Shown piece by piece: positions 17,712 through 26,252 of a stretch of DNA of 32,000 nucleotides. Every line of letters begins with the position of its first letter. Positions within the stretch are counted from its first letter, which is position 1. The stretch comes from an uncultured bacterium (GTDB taxonomy: Bacteria > Auribacterota > JACPWU01): assembly GCA_964640155.1 (NCBI GenBank), contig CAZXEQ010000010.1, positions 1-32,000 of the forward strand, in the 5' to 3' direction. The position numbers were made by a program, and so were the translations under genes. The notes beneath the pieces are model-generated. The model made no database searches and was not told where the DNA came from. It saw only the letters and a list, made by a program, of their open reading frames with translations.

Positions 17712-18557
17712 ATGAGTGATTCAAAAATACCTTTAAACATTTATAAAGTTTCAAGTCCTTTAACAGCAAAAGTTATTGAGAATACTCGACTTACGGGAGC
17801 AGAAAGCCCTAATGACACGCATCATGTTGTAATTGATCTATCGCAAAGCCAGTTGGAATATTTAGAAGGACAAAGCGTGGGAGTGATTCCTCCAGGGAAG
17901 GATGAAAATGGAAAACCTTATTCCGTGCGGCTTTATTCCATAGCATCTTCTCGCAGAGGAGAAAAAAAATATCCTAAAAATGTCTCACTTTGTTTGAAGC
18001 GTGTCATTTATTATGATCCTTCAACAGACCATGAAAAAAGAGGTGTTGCGTCCAACTATATTTGTGACTTAAAACCAGGAGATACTATTCAATTGACAGG
18101 GCCTGTGGGGAATCGTTTTTTGCTTCCTGAAAATTTTCAAGACTATCAGTATGTGTTTATTGCAACGGGGACGGGGATTTCCCCGTATCGAGGAATGCTT
18201 ACCTATCTTTTTGAAAATGGCTTTAAAGGTCAGGTTTGGTTGATTTTTGGAGTTCCTTATCGAAGCGATCTTCTTTACGAGAATGAATTTTCTTCTCTTT
18301 TAAAATATCCTAACTTTCATTTTGTAACAGCCATCAGTCGTGAAGAGAAAAATAAGGATGGTTCAAAAATATATGTTCAACATCGTCTTTTAGAAAATAA
18401 AGAGATACTGGGTCCTCTGATGATTCAATCTCATACGAGGGCTTATATTTGTGGTTTAAAAGGGATGGAGAAAGGTATTCAAGAATCTTTTCAAGCCATG
18501 CTGACTCAAGATCAATACAACGAAGCGAAAAAAAGAATTTTTGTTGAGGTTTATTGA
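17712..18557 (+). CDS. Ferredoxin-NADP+ reductase, plant/plastidic type
   Basis: 281 aa. RLYSIASS, GVASNYICD, ATGTGISPYRG, YICGLKGMEKGI and a C-terminal ...VEVY tyrosine. Starts 4 nt after the cNMP-binding gene. Confidence 0.85.
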   Translation: MSDSKIPLNIYKVSSPLTAKVIENTRLTGAESPNDTHHVVIDLSQSQLEYLEGQSVGVIPPGKDENGKPYSVRLYSIASSRRGEKKYPKNVSLCLKRVIYYDPSTDHEKRGVASNYICDLKPGDTIQLTGPVGNRFLLPENFQDYQYVFIATGTGISPYRGMLTYLFENGFKGQVWLIFGVPYRSDLLYENEFSSLLKYPNFHFVTAISREEKNKDGSKIYVQHRLLENKEILGPLMIQSHTRAYICGLKGMEKGIQESFQAMLTQDQYNEAKKRIFVEVY

Positions 18558-18560
18558 GGT

Positions 18561-19421
18561 GTGATGATTCGATGGTTAGTGATGTTATCTATAACGTTCT
18601 CAATGATTTTTTTCTCGAAAGTACAGGGTTATGGAGAAAATTGGGTTTGGAATTTATCTCTTTTATTAGGCTTAAGTCTTTTGATTTTCGTTTTAGAGTT
18701 TGTATTCACGCGGTATTTTAAATCTTATCTTTTTAGTTTTCTTTTAGGTCCTGCGCTAGGAATTTTCTTCTTTAACAGTATTGTTCTTCCTTTGAATTCT
18801 GTTTCGTTTGTGACCGCTTTTTTAAGCTTATCTTTCTATCAACTTTTCTTTAAATTGATTTGCATTTATTTTGGAATGACTCTGTTTTGCTTTTATACTC
18901 AAGAACATTTTTGTGTAAAAACTTTTTCTTATTCTTTGAACTTAAAAGAGAGTCCTTCTTTTCAAAGGCTGAAATGGTTTTTGAGGCTCATTTTTGTTTT
19001 TCTTTTTACTGTCTCTTTCTTCTCTTTTATTCAGTCTCAATCACAGGGGGGACAAGACTCCTCTCGTTGGCTGGCAGATATGGCGCATCAAGGATATGAT
19101 TTTAATTTAAAAATTCAGGGGGCATGGGATAAAAATGTGATTGTTTTGATAGGATTTATATTTCTTTTTGGAATTGTGGAGTTTCTGTGCAGTCGTTTTC
19201 TGATTCGAAATGCTCTCATTTTGTTTTCCGCTATAAGTTTCGTGATCATCATGTCAGATGTATTCATCTCCTCATTGAGTCGACTCGCTAAGGATTTGTC
19301 GAGTGATTTTTTGCAGGTCTGGATTTTTATGCTTTGTGCTTATTGGAGTTTTTTTATGGGGAGAAGTATTGTAAAAATGAAAACGTTTCGATTGCCTTTC
19401 ATAAAGATTGAGTTTGTATGA
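18561..19421 (+). CDS. Polytopic membrane protein, unknown function
   Basis: 286 aa, Phe/Leu-rich, several predicted TM helices. I recognise no family. GTG 18561 or ATG 18564 start. Confidence 0.55.
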   Translation: MMIRWLVMLSITFSMIFFSKVQGYGENWVWNLSLLLGLSLLIFVLEFVFTRYFKSYLFSFLLGPALGIFFFNSIVLPLNSVSFVTAFLSLSFYQLFFKLICIYFGMTLFCFYTQEHFCVKTFSYSLNLKESPSFQRLKWFLRLIFVFLFTVSFFSFIQSQSQGGQDSSRWLADMAHQGYDFNLKIQGAWDKNVIVLIGFIFLFGIVEFLCSRFLIRNALILFSAISFVIIMSDVFISSLSRLAKDLSSDFLQVWIFMLCAYWSFFMGRSIVKMKTFRLPFIKIEFV

Positions 19422-19426
19422 TCCTC

Positions 19427-19560
19427 TATATAAAAGCGTGTCCTTTTGAAAAGTAGTGGGTCCTGCCACTCGTCAGCCCCATCGTGCTCACGAAAAGTTG
19501 CGCTCGATGGGGCACCCCGCCGAGTGTCACCCACATCTATAAAGGACACGCCTTTATATA
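19427..19560 (+). repeat. GC-rich rod-hairpin repeat, copy B1 (reference orientation)
   Basis: Nested stems: 19456-19461/19529-19534, 19467-19472/19521-19526, 19476-19484/19505-19513. Outer 20-bp stem 19427-19446/19541-19560 matches at 19/20. Core recurs at 21207-21285 and, inverted, at 26265-26348. Confidence 0.75.
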
Positions 19561-19594
19561 CAAAATTATTATGGAAAAATAATTTGAGACATTG

Positions 19595-20545
19595 ATGAGA
19601 ATAAAATTAAGCATTTTATTGTTTTTGATTTGTAGTCTTTCCTCTTTACAGGCAGAGATTCAACCCACTACTTCAGAATTGCAGGATTTAAAGGCTTTGC
19701 AAGGAAAGGTTAAAGGGAAAATTTTGTTTCAATCAAATCGAGATCATCTTTGGCAAATTTATCAGATGGATGTAGATGGGCGACATTTAAAAAGATTATC
19801 CGATGGTAAATCGAATGATCAAAATCCGGTTTGGTCGTCTAAAGACCATCGTATCTTTTTTTTCTCAAATCGTTCTGGTCTCTATCAGATTTATTCTATG
19901 AATGAAAAAGGGGGAGATATTCAAAAAGTTACAGAAGGGGACAAAGAAGAAAGATTGTGCAATTTAAATAGGGATGCATCAAAGCTTCTGTTTCAAATTA
20001 ATAAAAAAGATGCTATGAAAGCTTTTATTCGAGATCTTTCAGATCAGACTGTTCATGAAATTGATTTTTCGCAGTTTCCCGGTTGTAATGGGAAGATTTT
20101 CCCGATGCTTTCCCCAGATGGGCAAAAAATAGCATTTCTTTTCAAAGGAGGACAAGGAGCAAAGAGAGCGATCTATGTTGGAGATTTAGACTCCAGCTAT
20201 CGTTTGAAAAATATTATTCCTATTCATTTGGGATGTTTTGTTGCATGGGCAAAAGACTCTGCTTCTTTTATCATGTGTTTTTTTGCTCCCGGAGGAACAG
20301 CTTTGCATTGGGTTAAAGCAGATGGATCAGAATTTACACCTCTGACAGAAGCAGGGCGATGGAATTATTTTCCTTGCTGGTCTACCGATGAAAAGTGGAT
20401 TGCTTGGTCAGCCAGCCCTACCGAGCATCATGAGTATGAACAAGGCCCCTATTATGATATTTATATTGCTTCTTTAGAAAATCGTAAACCCATTCGCTTA
20501 ACATTTCAAACAGGTGCTGATTTAGTCACCAGTTGGAGAGAGTAA
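19595..20545 (+). CDS. Periplasmic TolB-like (PD40/WD40-like) beta-propeller repeat protein
   Basis: Signal peptide. Repeated units of the form NPVWSSKDHRIFFFSNRSGLYQIYSMN. TTG 19592 or ATG 19595 start. Confidence 0.65.
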   Translation: MRIKLSILLFLICSLSSLQAEIQPTTSELQDLKALQGKVKGKILFQSNRDHLWQIYQMDVDGRHLKRLSDGKSNDQNPVWSSKDHRIFFFSNRSGLYQIYSMNEKGGDIQKVTEGDKEERLCNLNRDASKLLFQINKKDAMKAFIRDLSDQTVHEIDFSQFPGCNGKIFPMLSPDGQKIAFLFKGGQGAKRAIYVGDLDSSYRLKNIIPIHLGCFVAWAKDSASFIMCFFAPGGTALHWVKADGSEFTPLTEAGRWNYFPCWSTDEKWIAWSASPTEHHEYEQGPYYDIYIASLENRKPIRLTFQTGADLVTSWRE

Positions 20546-20547
20546 CA

Positions 20548-21207
20548 ATGCCTTCACCTTTAGGTCATGCCTTAGCCAGTGCCCTGTTACATCGAGTAAA
20601 ATTTCCGGGGAAATGGTTGTCAGATTGGAAAAGATTGGTTTTTCATCTTTTCTGTGGTATTTGTCCAGATCTTGATTTTATTCCGGGACTATTGATTGGG
20701 AATATTAATCGTTTTCATCATGGGTTCTCACATAGTTTCTTTGGGGCTTTTTGTATAGCGATGGGGCTTTGGGTTTTTTATGGATTTTGGCGCTCTTCGT
20801 GGAAAGTTGTCGATGGACTCTTTATTTTTTCGCTTGTGGTTCTTCATCCTATCATGGATTTTTTAGCGATGGATACATCCTTTGCTTATGGATGTCCTTT
20901 GCTCTATCCCTTTGTGAAAACTTCTTATATTAGTCCGTATGTATTCTTTGAAGATATTCAAAGACCTAGCTTGATGGGATTTTTATTTAGCCGTAATAAT
21001 CTTTTGGCTTTTTGGATTGAATTTTCTTTTTTTATTCCTCTCTTATTAGCTGCAACTTTTGCAAAGAGAAGAAAATGGATTTGGATGTTGGCTGGAGCTA
21101 TTTCATTGAGTGTTCTTCTTTTTTATCTTCATAAGGTATATATTACTTCTTCAGGGATTGAATTTATAAGGGTGTTGTCTATCAAAATATGTTTTTTAAA
21201 TAGGTAG
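20548..21207 (+). CDS. Membrane-bound metal-dependent hydrolase, YdjM/DUF457-like
   Basis: MPSPLGHALAS N-terminus and conserved His residues (HHGFSHS) within TM helices. GGAG lies 9 nt upstream of ATG 20548. The last six sense codons lie in the left arm of repeat B2. Confidence 0.6.
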   Translation: MPSPLGHALASALLHRVKFPGKWLSDWKRLVFHLFCGICPDLDFIPGLLIGNINRFHHGFSHSFFGAFCIAMGLWVFYGFWRSSWKVVDGLFIFSLVVLHPIMDFLAMDTSFAYGCPLLYPFVKTSYISPYVFFEDIQRPSLMGFLFSRNNLLAFWIEFSFFIPLLLAATFAKRRKWIWMLAGAISLSVLLFYLHKVYITSSGIEFIRVLSIKICFLNR

Positions 21208-21308
21208 CGGGGCCTGCCACTCGTCAGCCCCACCGTGCTCACGAAAAGTTGCGCGCGGTGGGGCCCCCCGCCGAGCGTCACCCGCATTTATAAAAAACAT
21301 ATTTTGAT
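21181..21308 (+). repeat. GC-rich rod-hairpin repeat, copy B2
   Basis: Core 21207-21285 is 60/79 G+C by hand count. Stems: 21207-21211/21281-21285, 21218-21223/21272-21277, 21227-21235/21256-21264. Perfect 18-bp outer stem 21181-21198/21291-21308. Confidence 0.75.
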
Positions 21309-21330
21309 TTATAAGTGTTGGAGGAAAATA

Positions 21331-22689
21331 ATGAATCTTGCTCAAAAAATGAGTCACTATGCATCGAATTTGTCTTATCAAATGCTTCCCAAAGAAGTGA
21401 TTCATCAGGCTAAACGGCATTTTTTAGATGCTTTGGCTTGTTCGTTAGGGGCTTTGTCTTCAGAGCCAGCAAAGGCCATCAAAAAAGTGGTACAGCGTGT
21501 AAAAGATTCACAAGGATCAACTTTACTTGGAACTTCTCAAAAAACGACTCCAGATTTAGCAGCTTTCTATAATGGAACATTGATCCGATATTTGGATTAC
21601 AACGATACCTATCTTTCTAAAGAGCCGGCTCATCCCAGCGATAATATTGCAGCGACTTTAACACTTGCTGAAAGTTGCGGACGCAATGGGAAAGATTTTA
21701 TAACAGCCTTGGTTCTTGCCTATGAAATTCAATGTCGACTGTGTGATGCCGCTTCTATCCGAGCGCATGGCTGGGATCATGTAACCTATGGACTTTTTTC
21801 TACTACGCTGGCTGCTGCAAAACTGCTTAAGCTTTCTCCTGTAAAAATGGAACACGCCCTTGGAATTTCTGCAACTGGGCATATTGCTTTGCGCCAAACC
21901 AGGTCGGGAGAGCTTTCCATGTGGAAAGGTTCTGCTTTTGCCAATACAGCTCGAAACGGTGTTTTTTCAGCACTTCTTGCTGAGCAGGGGATGACAGGTC
22001 CAGCTCCTATTTTCGAAGGAGAATTCGGATTTTTTAAATTGGTTTCAGGTTCTTTTGAAATGAATGAGTGGGGTGGGAAAAACAATCGCTTTAAAATCAT
22101 GGACTGTTTTATTAAATATTTTCCAGCAGAATATCATGCCCAGGCAGCGATTGAAGCTGCTTTAGAGTTAGGTTCTAAAATTTCTAATATTCATGACATT
22201 GAAAAAATTTCTGTAAAAACTTTTAAAGCAGCTTGTGAAATCATTGCAGGAGAACCTGAGAAGTGGCATCCGCAATCTCGAGAAACAGCAGATCATAGTC
22301 TTCCTTATTGCGTGGCTGTGGCTTTAATGGATGGAAAAGTAGAGCTTGCTCAGTTTAAGGAAAAAAGAATTTTGGATTCCAAACTTCAATCTTTTATACA
22401 AAAAATTACGGTCGAGGAAGATACATCTCTTACTCGTAAATATCCCTATTCACTTCCTGTGAATATAAAAATTATAATGAAATCAGGGCAAGTTTTGGAA
22501 AAATATTTGGAAAATCCCAAAGGGCATGCCAGCCGACCTTTAAGTGATTCTGAAATTGAACAAAAATTTAAAACCCTTGCGAAAAATAGATTATCTTCAC
22601 GGCAACAAGTAAAAATTTTAGATCAAATATGGAATTTAGAGAAGGTGAAGGATATAGGAGCTTTTGTTAGATTGTTTGCAACCGTTTAA
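21331..22689 (+). CDS. prpD: 2-methylcitrate dehydratase (MmgE/PrpD family)
   Basis: Start moved to ATG 21331, which has GGAGG at 21320-21324. The tracked start at 21235 lies inside repeat B2. Adjacent to prpB and prpC. Confidence 0.85.
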   Translation: MNLAQKMSHYASNLSYQMLPKEVIHQAKRHFLDALACSLGALSSEPAKAIKKVVQRVKDSQGSTLLGTSQKTTPDLAAFYNGTLIRYLDYNDTYLSKEPAHPSDNIAATLTLAESCGRNGKDFITALVLAYEIQCRLCDAASIRAHGWDHVTYGLFSTTLAAAKLLKLSPVKMEHALGISATGHIALRQTRSGELSMWKGSAFANTARNGVFSALLAEQGMTGPAPIFEGEFGFFKLVSGSFEMNEWGGKNNRFKIMDCFIKYFPAEYHAQAAIEAALELGSKISNIHDIEKISVKTFKAACEIIAGEPEKWHPQSRETADHSLPYCVAVALMDGKVELAQFKEKRILDSKLQSFIQKITVEEDTSLTRKYPYSLPVNIKIIMKSGQVLEKYLENPKGHASRPLSDSEIEQKFKTLAKNRLSSRQQVKILDQIWNLEKVKDIGAFVRLFATV

Positions 22690-22700
22690 CAGTGCAAATA

Positions 22701-22841
22701 GATCATCCCTCAGAGTGTTCAGACACGTTCGTTTACCCCTGCGAGGTAAACGAACTTGAGAGGACGATCTCGCTCCCCCGATGTTTATCGGGGACCATGC
22801 TCGCTTGATCTCCAATGGTCTTCACACTTTGTTGGATGATC
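22701..22841. repeat. GC-rich structured intergenic element D (related to element A)
   Basis: Closing stem gatcatcc/ggatgatc (22701-22708/22834-22841). 11-bp hairpin gttcgtttacc/ggtaaacgaac (22727-22737/22745-22755). 7-bp hairpin ccccgat/atcgggg (22776-22782/22787-22793). Confidence 0.5.
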
Positions 22842-22915
22842 ATGATAACTCTTATTTATATGTATTAACTATTTGAGACAGGACTCGTTTCATAAATTTT
22901 AAAAAATCGAGAACT

Positions 22916-23755
22916 ATGAATAAATATCTCTCTCCACTTCTTAAAAATAAAAAAACGGTTTTAGTTCCTGGTGTCTTCAATGCCATTACCGCTAAACTTG
23001 CAGAAAAATTAGGGTTCAAAGCTCTCTATCTGTCTGGGGCCGGGGTATCCAATGCCCTTTTGGGAAAACCGGATATAGGACTTATCACGCGAGATGAACT
23101 CTTAAAACAAGTCCGTTATATCAAAGATGTTGTGAGTATCCCCTTAATTGTGGATGTGGACACGGGATTTGGTGACCCGCAGGATGTGGCAGAAACAGTA
23201 AGACAAATGGAAAAAGCAGGGGCTTCTGCGATTCAAATCGAGGATCAAATCCCGGCTAAAAAATGTGGCCATCTGGGAGGAAAATCTCTTGTCTCGATGG
23301 ATATCATGATAAAAAAAATTCAAGCAGCGATTAAGGCTCGTAAAAATCCGGATTTTTTAATTATTGCTCGTACAGATGCCAGAAGTGTTGAAGGAGTTGA
23401 AAATGCGCTTATTCGCGCACAAAATTATATTGATGCAGGTGCCGATATTGTTTTTCCAGAGGCGCTTGAATCTCCTAAAGAATTCAGAATGTTTTCTAAG
23501 ATGATTCAGAAACCTCTTTTGGCCAATATGACAGAGTTTGGAAAAACCCCATATATTTCTGTTCCGGAATTTCAGAAATTAGGATATTATCTGGTGATTT
23601 TCCCAATGACCTCTTTTCGAGTTATGATGAAAGCTGCAGAGCAGGTATTCAAGGATTTAAAGAAAACGGGCTCTCAAAAGAAATGGCTTTCAAAAATGCA
23701 GACAAGAAAAGAACTTTATGATTTAATCGACTACAAAAATTTTGACTCAATTTAG
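22916..23755 (+). CDS. prpB: Methylisocitrate lyase (PEP mutase/isocitrate lyase superfamily)
   Basis: 279 aa. VDVDTGFG, IEDQ..AKKCGHLGGK, IIARTDA. Confidence 0.9.
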   Translation: MNKYLSPLLKNKKTVLVPGVFNAITAKLAEKLGFKALYLSGAGVSNALLGKPDIGLITRDELLKQVRYIKDVVSIPLIVDVDTGFGDPQDVAETVRQMEKAGASAIQIEDQIPAKKCGHLGGKSLVSMDIMIKKIQAAIKARKNPDFLIIARTDARSVEGVENALIRAQNYIDAGADIVFPEALESPKEFRMFSKMIQKPLLANMTEFGKTPYISVPEFQKLGYYLVIFPMTSFRVMMKAAEQVFKDLKKTGSQKKWLSKMQTRKELYDLIDYKNFDSI

Positions 23756-23763
23756 AGGATGTT

Positions 23764-24909
23764 ATGACAGAAGTTATTTTAAAATCTCAAAGACCTTATA
23801 GTCCTGGCTTAGAAGGAATCGTGGCGGGACTTTCTCAAATTTCAGAGATTGATCCTAAAACTGAGCACTTGACGTACCGAGGATACGATATTCATGATTT
23901 GACAGAATATTCGACGTATGAAGAAGTGGCTTTTCTCCTTTTTTGGGGGCGTCTTCCCAAGAAAAAAGAATTAGAAGAGTTTTCAAAAACATTAGTAGAA
24001 AACCGTGATATTCCTAAAGCCATTCTTGAAGCTTTTAAGCAATTTCCTTCTTCAGCCCATCCTATGGATATGCTTCGTACCTCGGCTTCTCTTTTAAGTA
24101 TGTTTGATCCTGAACAAGGGGATCATTCTCATGAGGCAAATATTAGAAAAGCAGTGCGTTTGGTAGCAAAATTTCCTTCTCTTATTTCTGCAGCTTTCTG
24201 TATCGCACAAGGTAAAAAATGGCAACTTGCAGATCCAAAATCATCCCATGCTAAAGCTTTTTTGAGTATGATCACGGGAAAAGAACCCGATGATTATGCG
24301 GTTCATGTTTTTGATCAGACCTTGATTATTTATGCTGAACATGGGTTTAATGCTTCTACTTTTTCAGCGCGTGTGACGGCTTCAACACTCTCAGATTTAT
24401 ATGCGGGGGTTACTTCGGCTGTTGGAACTTTAAAAGGTTCTTTGCATGGGGGAGCCAATGAACAGGCCATGAAAATGCTTTTAGAAGTTGGAGATGGGGA
24501 ACACGCCAAGATTTGGATTAAAGGAGCTTTGTCGGGTAAGAAGCGAGTGATGGGGTTTGGGCATCGTGAATATAAAAATGGAGATCCCCGAGCAAGAATC
24601 CTTAAACCTCTTATGAAAAAATTAGGGGAAAGAGTCGGACAGACACAATGGTATCAAATTTGTGATGTCATTGAGGAAGTCATGGTCAGAGAAAAGAAGC
24701 TTTATCCAAATGTGGATTTCCCAGCAGGAGCCCTTCTTTATATGCTGGGTCTTCCCACCGAAATTTATACACCTGTTTTTGCTTTATCTCGCGTCGCAGG
24801 TTGGTCTGCTCATGTGATTGAACAGTTGGATAATAATCGTTTGATTCGTCCCGAATGCGAATACACAGGTGCAAGGGACTTGAAATATGTCCCCATCGAA
24901 AAGCGATAA
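23764..24909 (+). CDS. prpC: 2-methylcitrate synthase / citrate synthase family
   Basis: 381 aa. GSLHGGANE and GFGHREYKNGDPRA motifs. In an operon with prpD and prpB. Confidence 0.85.
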   Translation: MTEVILKSQRPYSPGLEGIVAGLSQISEIDPKTEHLTYRGYDIHDLTEYSTYEEVAFLLFWGRLPKKKELEEFSKTLVENRDIPKAILEAFKQFPSSAHPMDMLRTSASLLSMFDPEQGDHSHEANIRKAVRLVAKFPSLISAAFCIAQGKKWQLADPKSSHAKAFLSMITGKEPDDYAVHVFDQTLIIYAEHGFNASTFSARVTASTLSDLYAGVTSAVGTLKGSLHGGANEQAMKMLLEVGDGEHAKIWIKGALSGKKRVMGFGHREYKNGDPRARILKPLMKKLGERVGQTQWYQICDVIEEVMVREKKLYPNVDFPAGALLYMLGLPTEIYTPVFALSRVAGWSAHVIEQLDNNRLIRPECEYTGARDLKYVPIEKR

Positions 24910-25005
24910 CCTGAAATCCCTCAAAAAGGTTTATCAGCTGTATTATTCTCTTCAGAATTTTCTTTCTGATTTCAAAAGTCCATCATATTTTCAGTTGGGT
25001 GTTTC

Positions 25006-26238
25006 ATGAAGACATTCTATCCTGAACAAATTCAATTATTTCCTCAAGCGATTAAATGGTTTTTGATATCTTCAGTGATCGGTATTTTAGCAGGAAGTGC
25101 TTCTGCTTTTTTTCTTATCTCTTTAGATGGGGTGACTCAGTTACGAGATGCTCATCTTTGGATCATCTTCTGTTTACCTGTGTCAGGGCTTTTAATAGGT
25201 CTCATTTATCATCATCTTGGTAAAAAAGTTGAATCTGGGAATAATCTTATTTTAGATGAAATCCATGATCCTAAAAAAGTTGTTCCATTTAGAATGGCAC
25301 CTTTGATTCTTTTATCTACACTGATGACACATTTTTTTGGAGGTTCCGCTGGAAGAGAAGGAACAGCTGTGCAGATGGGGAGTTCGTTAGCGGATCAACT
25401 TTCTGGTCCTTTGAGATTTAAGGCAGAAGATAGGCGGATCTTACTCATGGCTGGAATGAGTGCAGGTTTTGCCTCTGTCTTCGGAACACCTTTAGCGGGA
25501 GCTATTTTTGGCCTAGAAGTATTGGCTATTGGAAAACTTCGATACGATGCAATTTTCCCATGTTTTATTGCGGCTGTTGTGGCAGATCAAGTAACTTTAG
25601 CTTTAGGAGTTCATCACACTTCTTATATTGTTTCTAGTATTCCAACTTTTTCGATCAGCAGTTTGGTTCAGGTTTCATTGGCAGGTATTGTTTTTGGTTT
25701 AATCAGTCGATTTTTCTCTATTGTCACTCATGGGTTAACTTCTTTTTCTAAAAAGCATGTGACGTACAATCCTCTTCGTCTTTTTATCGGTGGTGTTATT
25801 GTTGTAATTCTCATCAAACTTTGTGGAACTACGAAATATATTGGGCTTGGAATTCCAACCATGGTGGAATCTTTTTCGATAAAACTTCCTCCTTGGGATT
25901 TTTTAGGCAAATTTATATTTACAGTTTTAACCCTTGGAATGGGTTTTAAAGGAGGAGAAGTAACCCCTTTATTTTTTATTGGAGCAACCCTTGGAAATGC
26001 ATTAAGTTATTTTTTGACGCTTTCTACTTCTCTTTTAGCGGGTCTTGGATTTGTTGCTGTGTTTGCTGGAGCGGCCAATACTCCCTTAACCTGCATGATC
26101 ATGGCCATGGAGCTTTTTGGATCGTCTATTGGAGTTTATGCAGGGTTAGCTTGTGTTGTAAGTTATCTTTTTTCAGGACATGCGGGGATTTACCACTCTC
26201 AAAAAATAGGAACAAGTAAGTATTTTACTGGTTCGTAG
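25006..26238 (+). CDS. CLC-family channel/antiporter, probably fluoride-specific CLC-F (EriC-F)
   Basis: 410 aa. GNNLI replaces the canonical GSGIP, and GREGT and GGEVTPLF are present. From memory, this matches the N-T clade of CLC-F F-/H+ antiporters. Confidence 0.65.
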   Translation: MKTFYPEQIQLFPQAIKWFLISSVIGILAGSASAFFLISLDGVTQLRDAHLWIIFCLPVSGLLIGLIYHHLGKKVESGNNLILDEIHDPKKVVPFRMAPLILLSTLMTHFFGGSAGREGTAVQMGSSLADQLSGPLRFKAEDRRILLMAGMSAGFASVFGTPLAGAIFGLEVLAIGKLRYDAIFPCFIAAVVADQVTLALGVHHTSYIVSSIPTFSISSLVQVSLAGIVFGLISRFFSIVTHGLTSFSKKHVTYNPLRLFIGGVIVVILIKLCGTTKYIGLGIPTMVESFSIKLPPWDFLGKFIFTVLTLGMGFKGGEVTPLFFIGATLGNALSYFLTLSTSLLAGLGFVAVFAGAANTPLTCMIMAMELFGSSIGVYAGLACVVSYLFSGHAGIYHSQKIGTSKYFTGS

Positions 26239-26252
26239 TGCACAGAAGTGAG

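Noticed and set aside
19340-19549. Minus-strand ORFs across the GC-rich repeats (19340..19549 and 21196..21420) translate to similar peptides (GDTRRGAPSSATFREHDGADEWQDP vs GDARRGAPPRATFREHGGADEWQAP). This suggests a conserved small protein.
   Set aside because: The similarity only reflects nucleotide identity of the repeat. The third copy (26253-26370) has indels that shift the frame and give a stop (..LVLEHGGGP*). The ORFs have no common start or RBS. Substitutions between copies are paired across stems rather than synonymous.
21235-21330. N-terminal 32-aa extension of prpD in the ORF track (MLTKSCARWGPPPSVTRIYKK...).
   Set aside because: It lies inside repeat B2. A strong GGAGG RBS precedes ATG 21331, and the protein from MNLAQKMSHYA... 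is a normal PrpD N-terminus.
24910-25005. Possible fluoride riboswitch in the CLC leader.
   Set aside because: By eye, the conserved crcB-motif blocks are absent. Only a weak AT-rich hairpin is present (tcagaa/ttctga, 24952-24969), which is probably the prpC terminator.
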